Of a stretch of DNA of 64,000 nucleotides, positions 63,592-64,000 are shown one piece after another. The stretch is from NCBI RefSeq assembly GCF_006345805.1, contig NC_042999.1:15128001-15192000 (forward strand), given 5' to 3'. The stretch comes from Octopus sinensis (Eukaryota). Position 1 is the stretch's first letter. Every line of letters starts with the position of its first letter. A model generated the notes under the pieces. That model ran no database searches, was not told the DNA's origin, and saw only the letters and a program-made list of their open reading frames with translations. The position numbers and the translations under genes were made by a program.

Positions 63592-64000
63592 ATATATTTA
63601 TTTATTTATATATTGTGGCTGATGACAGTACTGCCTAATTTGCACCCATGCCCGTGGCACATAAAAATCACCATCGAGCATGATTGTTGTAAGTGCTGCC
63701 TGACTAGCTTGCATGCCGGTGGCACGTAAAGAGTACCATTTGAGCATGGTCGTTGCCAGTGCCACCTGACTGGCTCCTGTGCCAGTGGCATGTAAAAAAA
63801 ACACCATTCAAGTGTGGTTGATGCCAGTACCACCTGACTGGGCCTCATGCTGGTGGCACGTAAAAAGCCTCCATTACACACTTGGAGTGGTTGGCATTAG
63901 GAAGGGCATCCAGCTGTAGAAACTTTGCCAGATCAGATTGAGCCTGGTACAGCCTTCTAAGCTTGCCAGCCCTCAGTCAAACCATCCAACCCATACCAGC

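Overview
AT-rich, microsatellite-dense animal genomic DNA. The repeat families suggest Octopus or another coleoid cephalopod; this is an inference. The window lies almost entirely within one + strand gene, a sodium-coupled monocarboxylate transporter-like member of the SLC5/SSS family (SLC5A8/A12/A5/A6 group). I traced 12 GT-AG coding exons from 1567 to the stop at 56119, with consistent phases (1487 nt of CDS). The first exons lie upstream of the window. The introns are filled with tRNA-derived SINEs, RTE, R4/Dong and CR1 LINE relics, Tc1/mariner fragments, MITEs, a Penelope-like (PLE) endonuclease fragment and a 62-bp minisatellite. The most unusual signal is a set of minimal type I hammerhead-ribozyme motifs at about 10 intronic loci, most of them inside fold-back palindromes. 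They show three versions of the core 3-8 pair (C-G, U-A, G-C) and usually palindromic stem III. One intact copy sits at the tip of a 136-nt GC-rich rod (20532-20667). All folds were read by eye; no ribozyme activity is shown.
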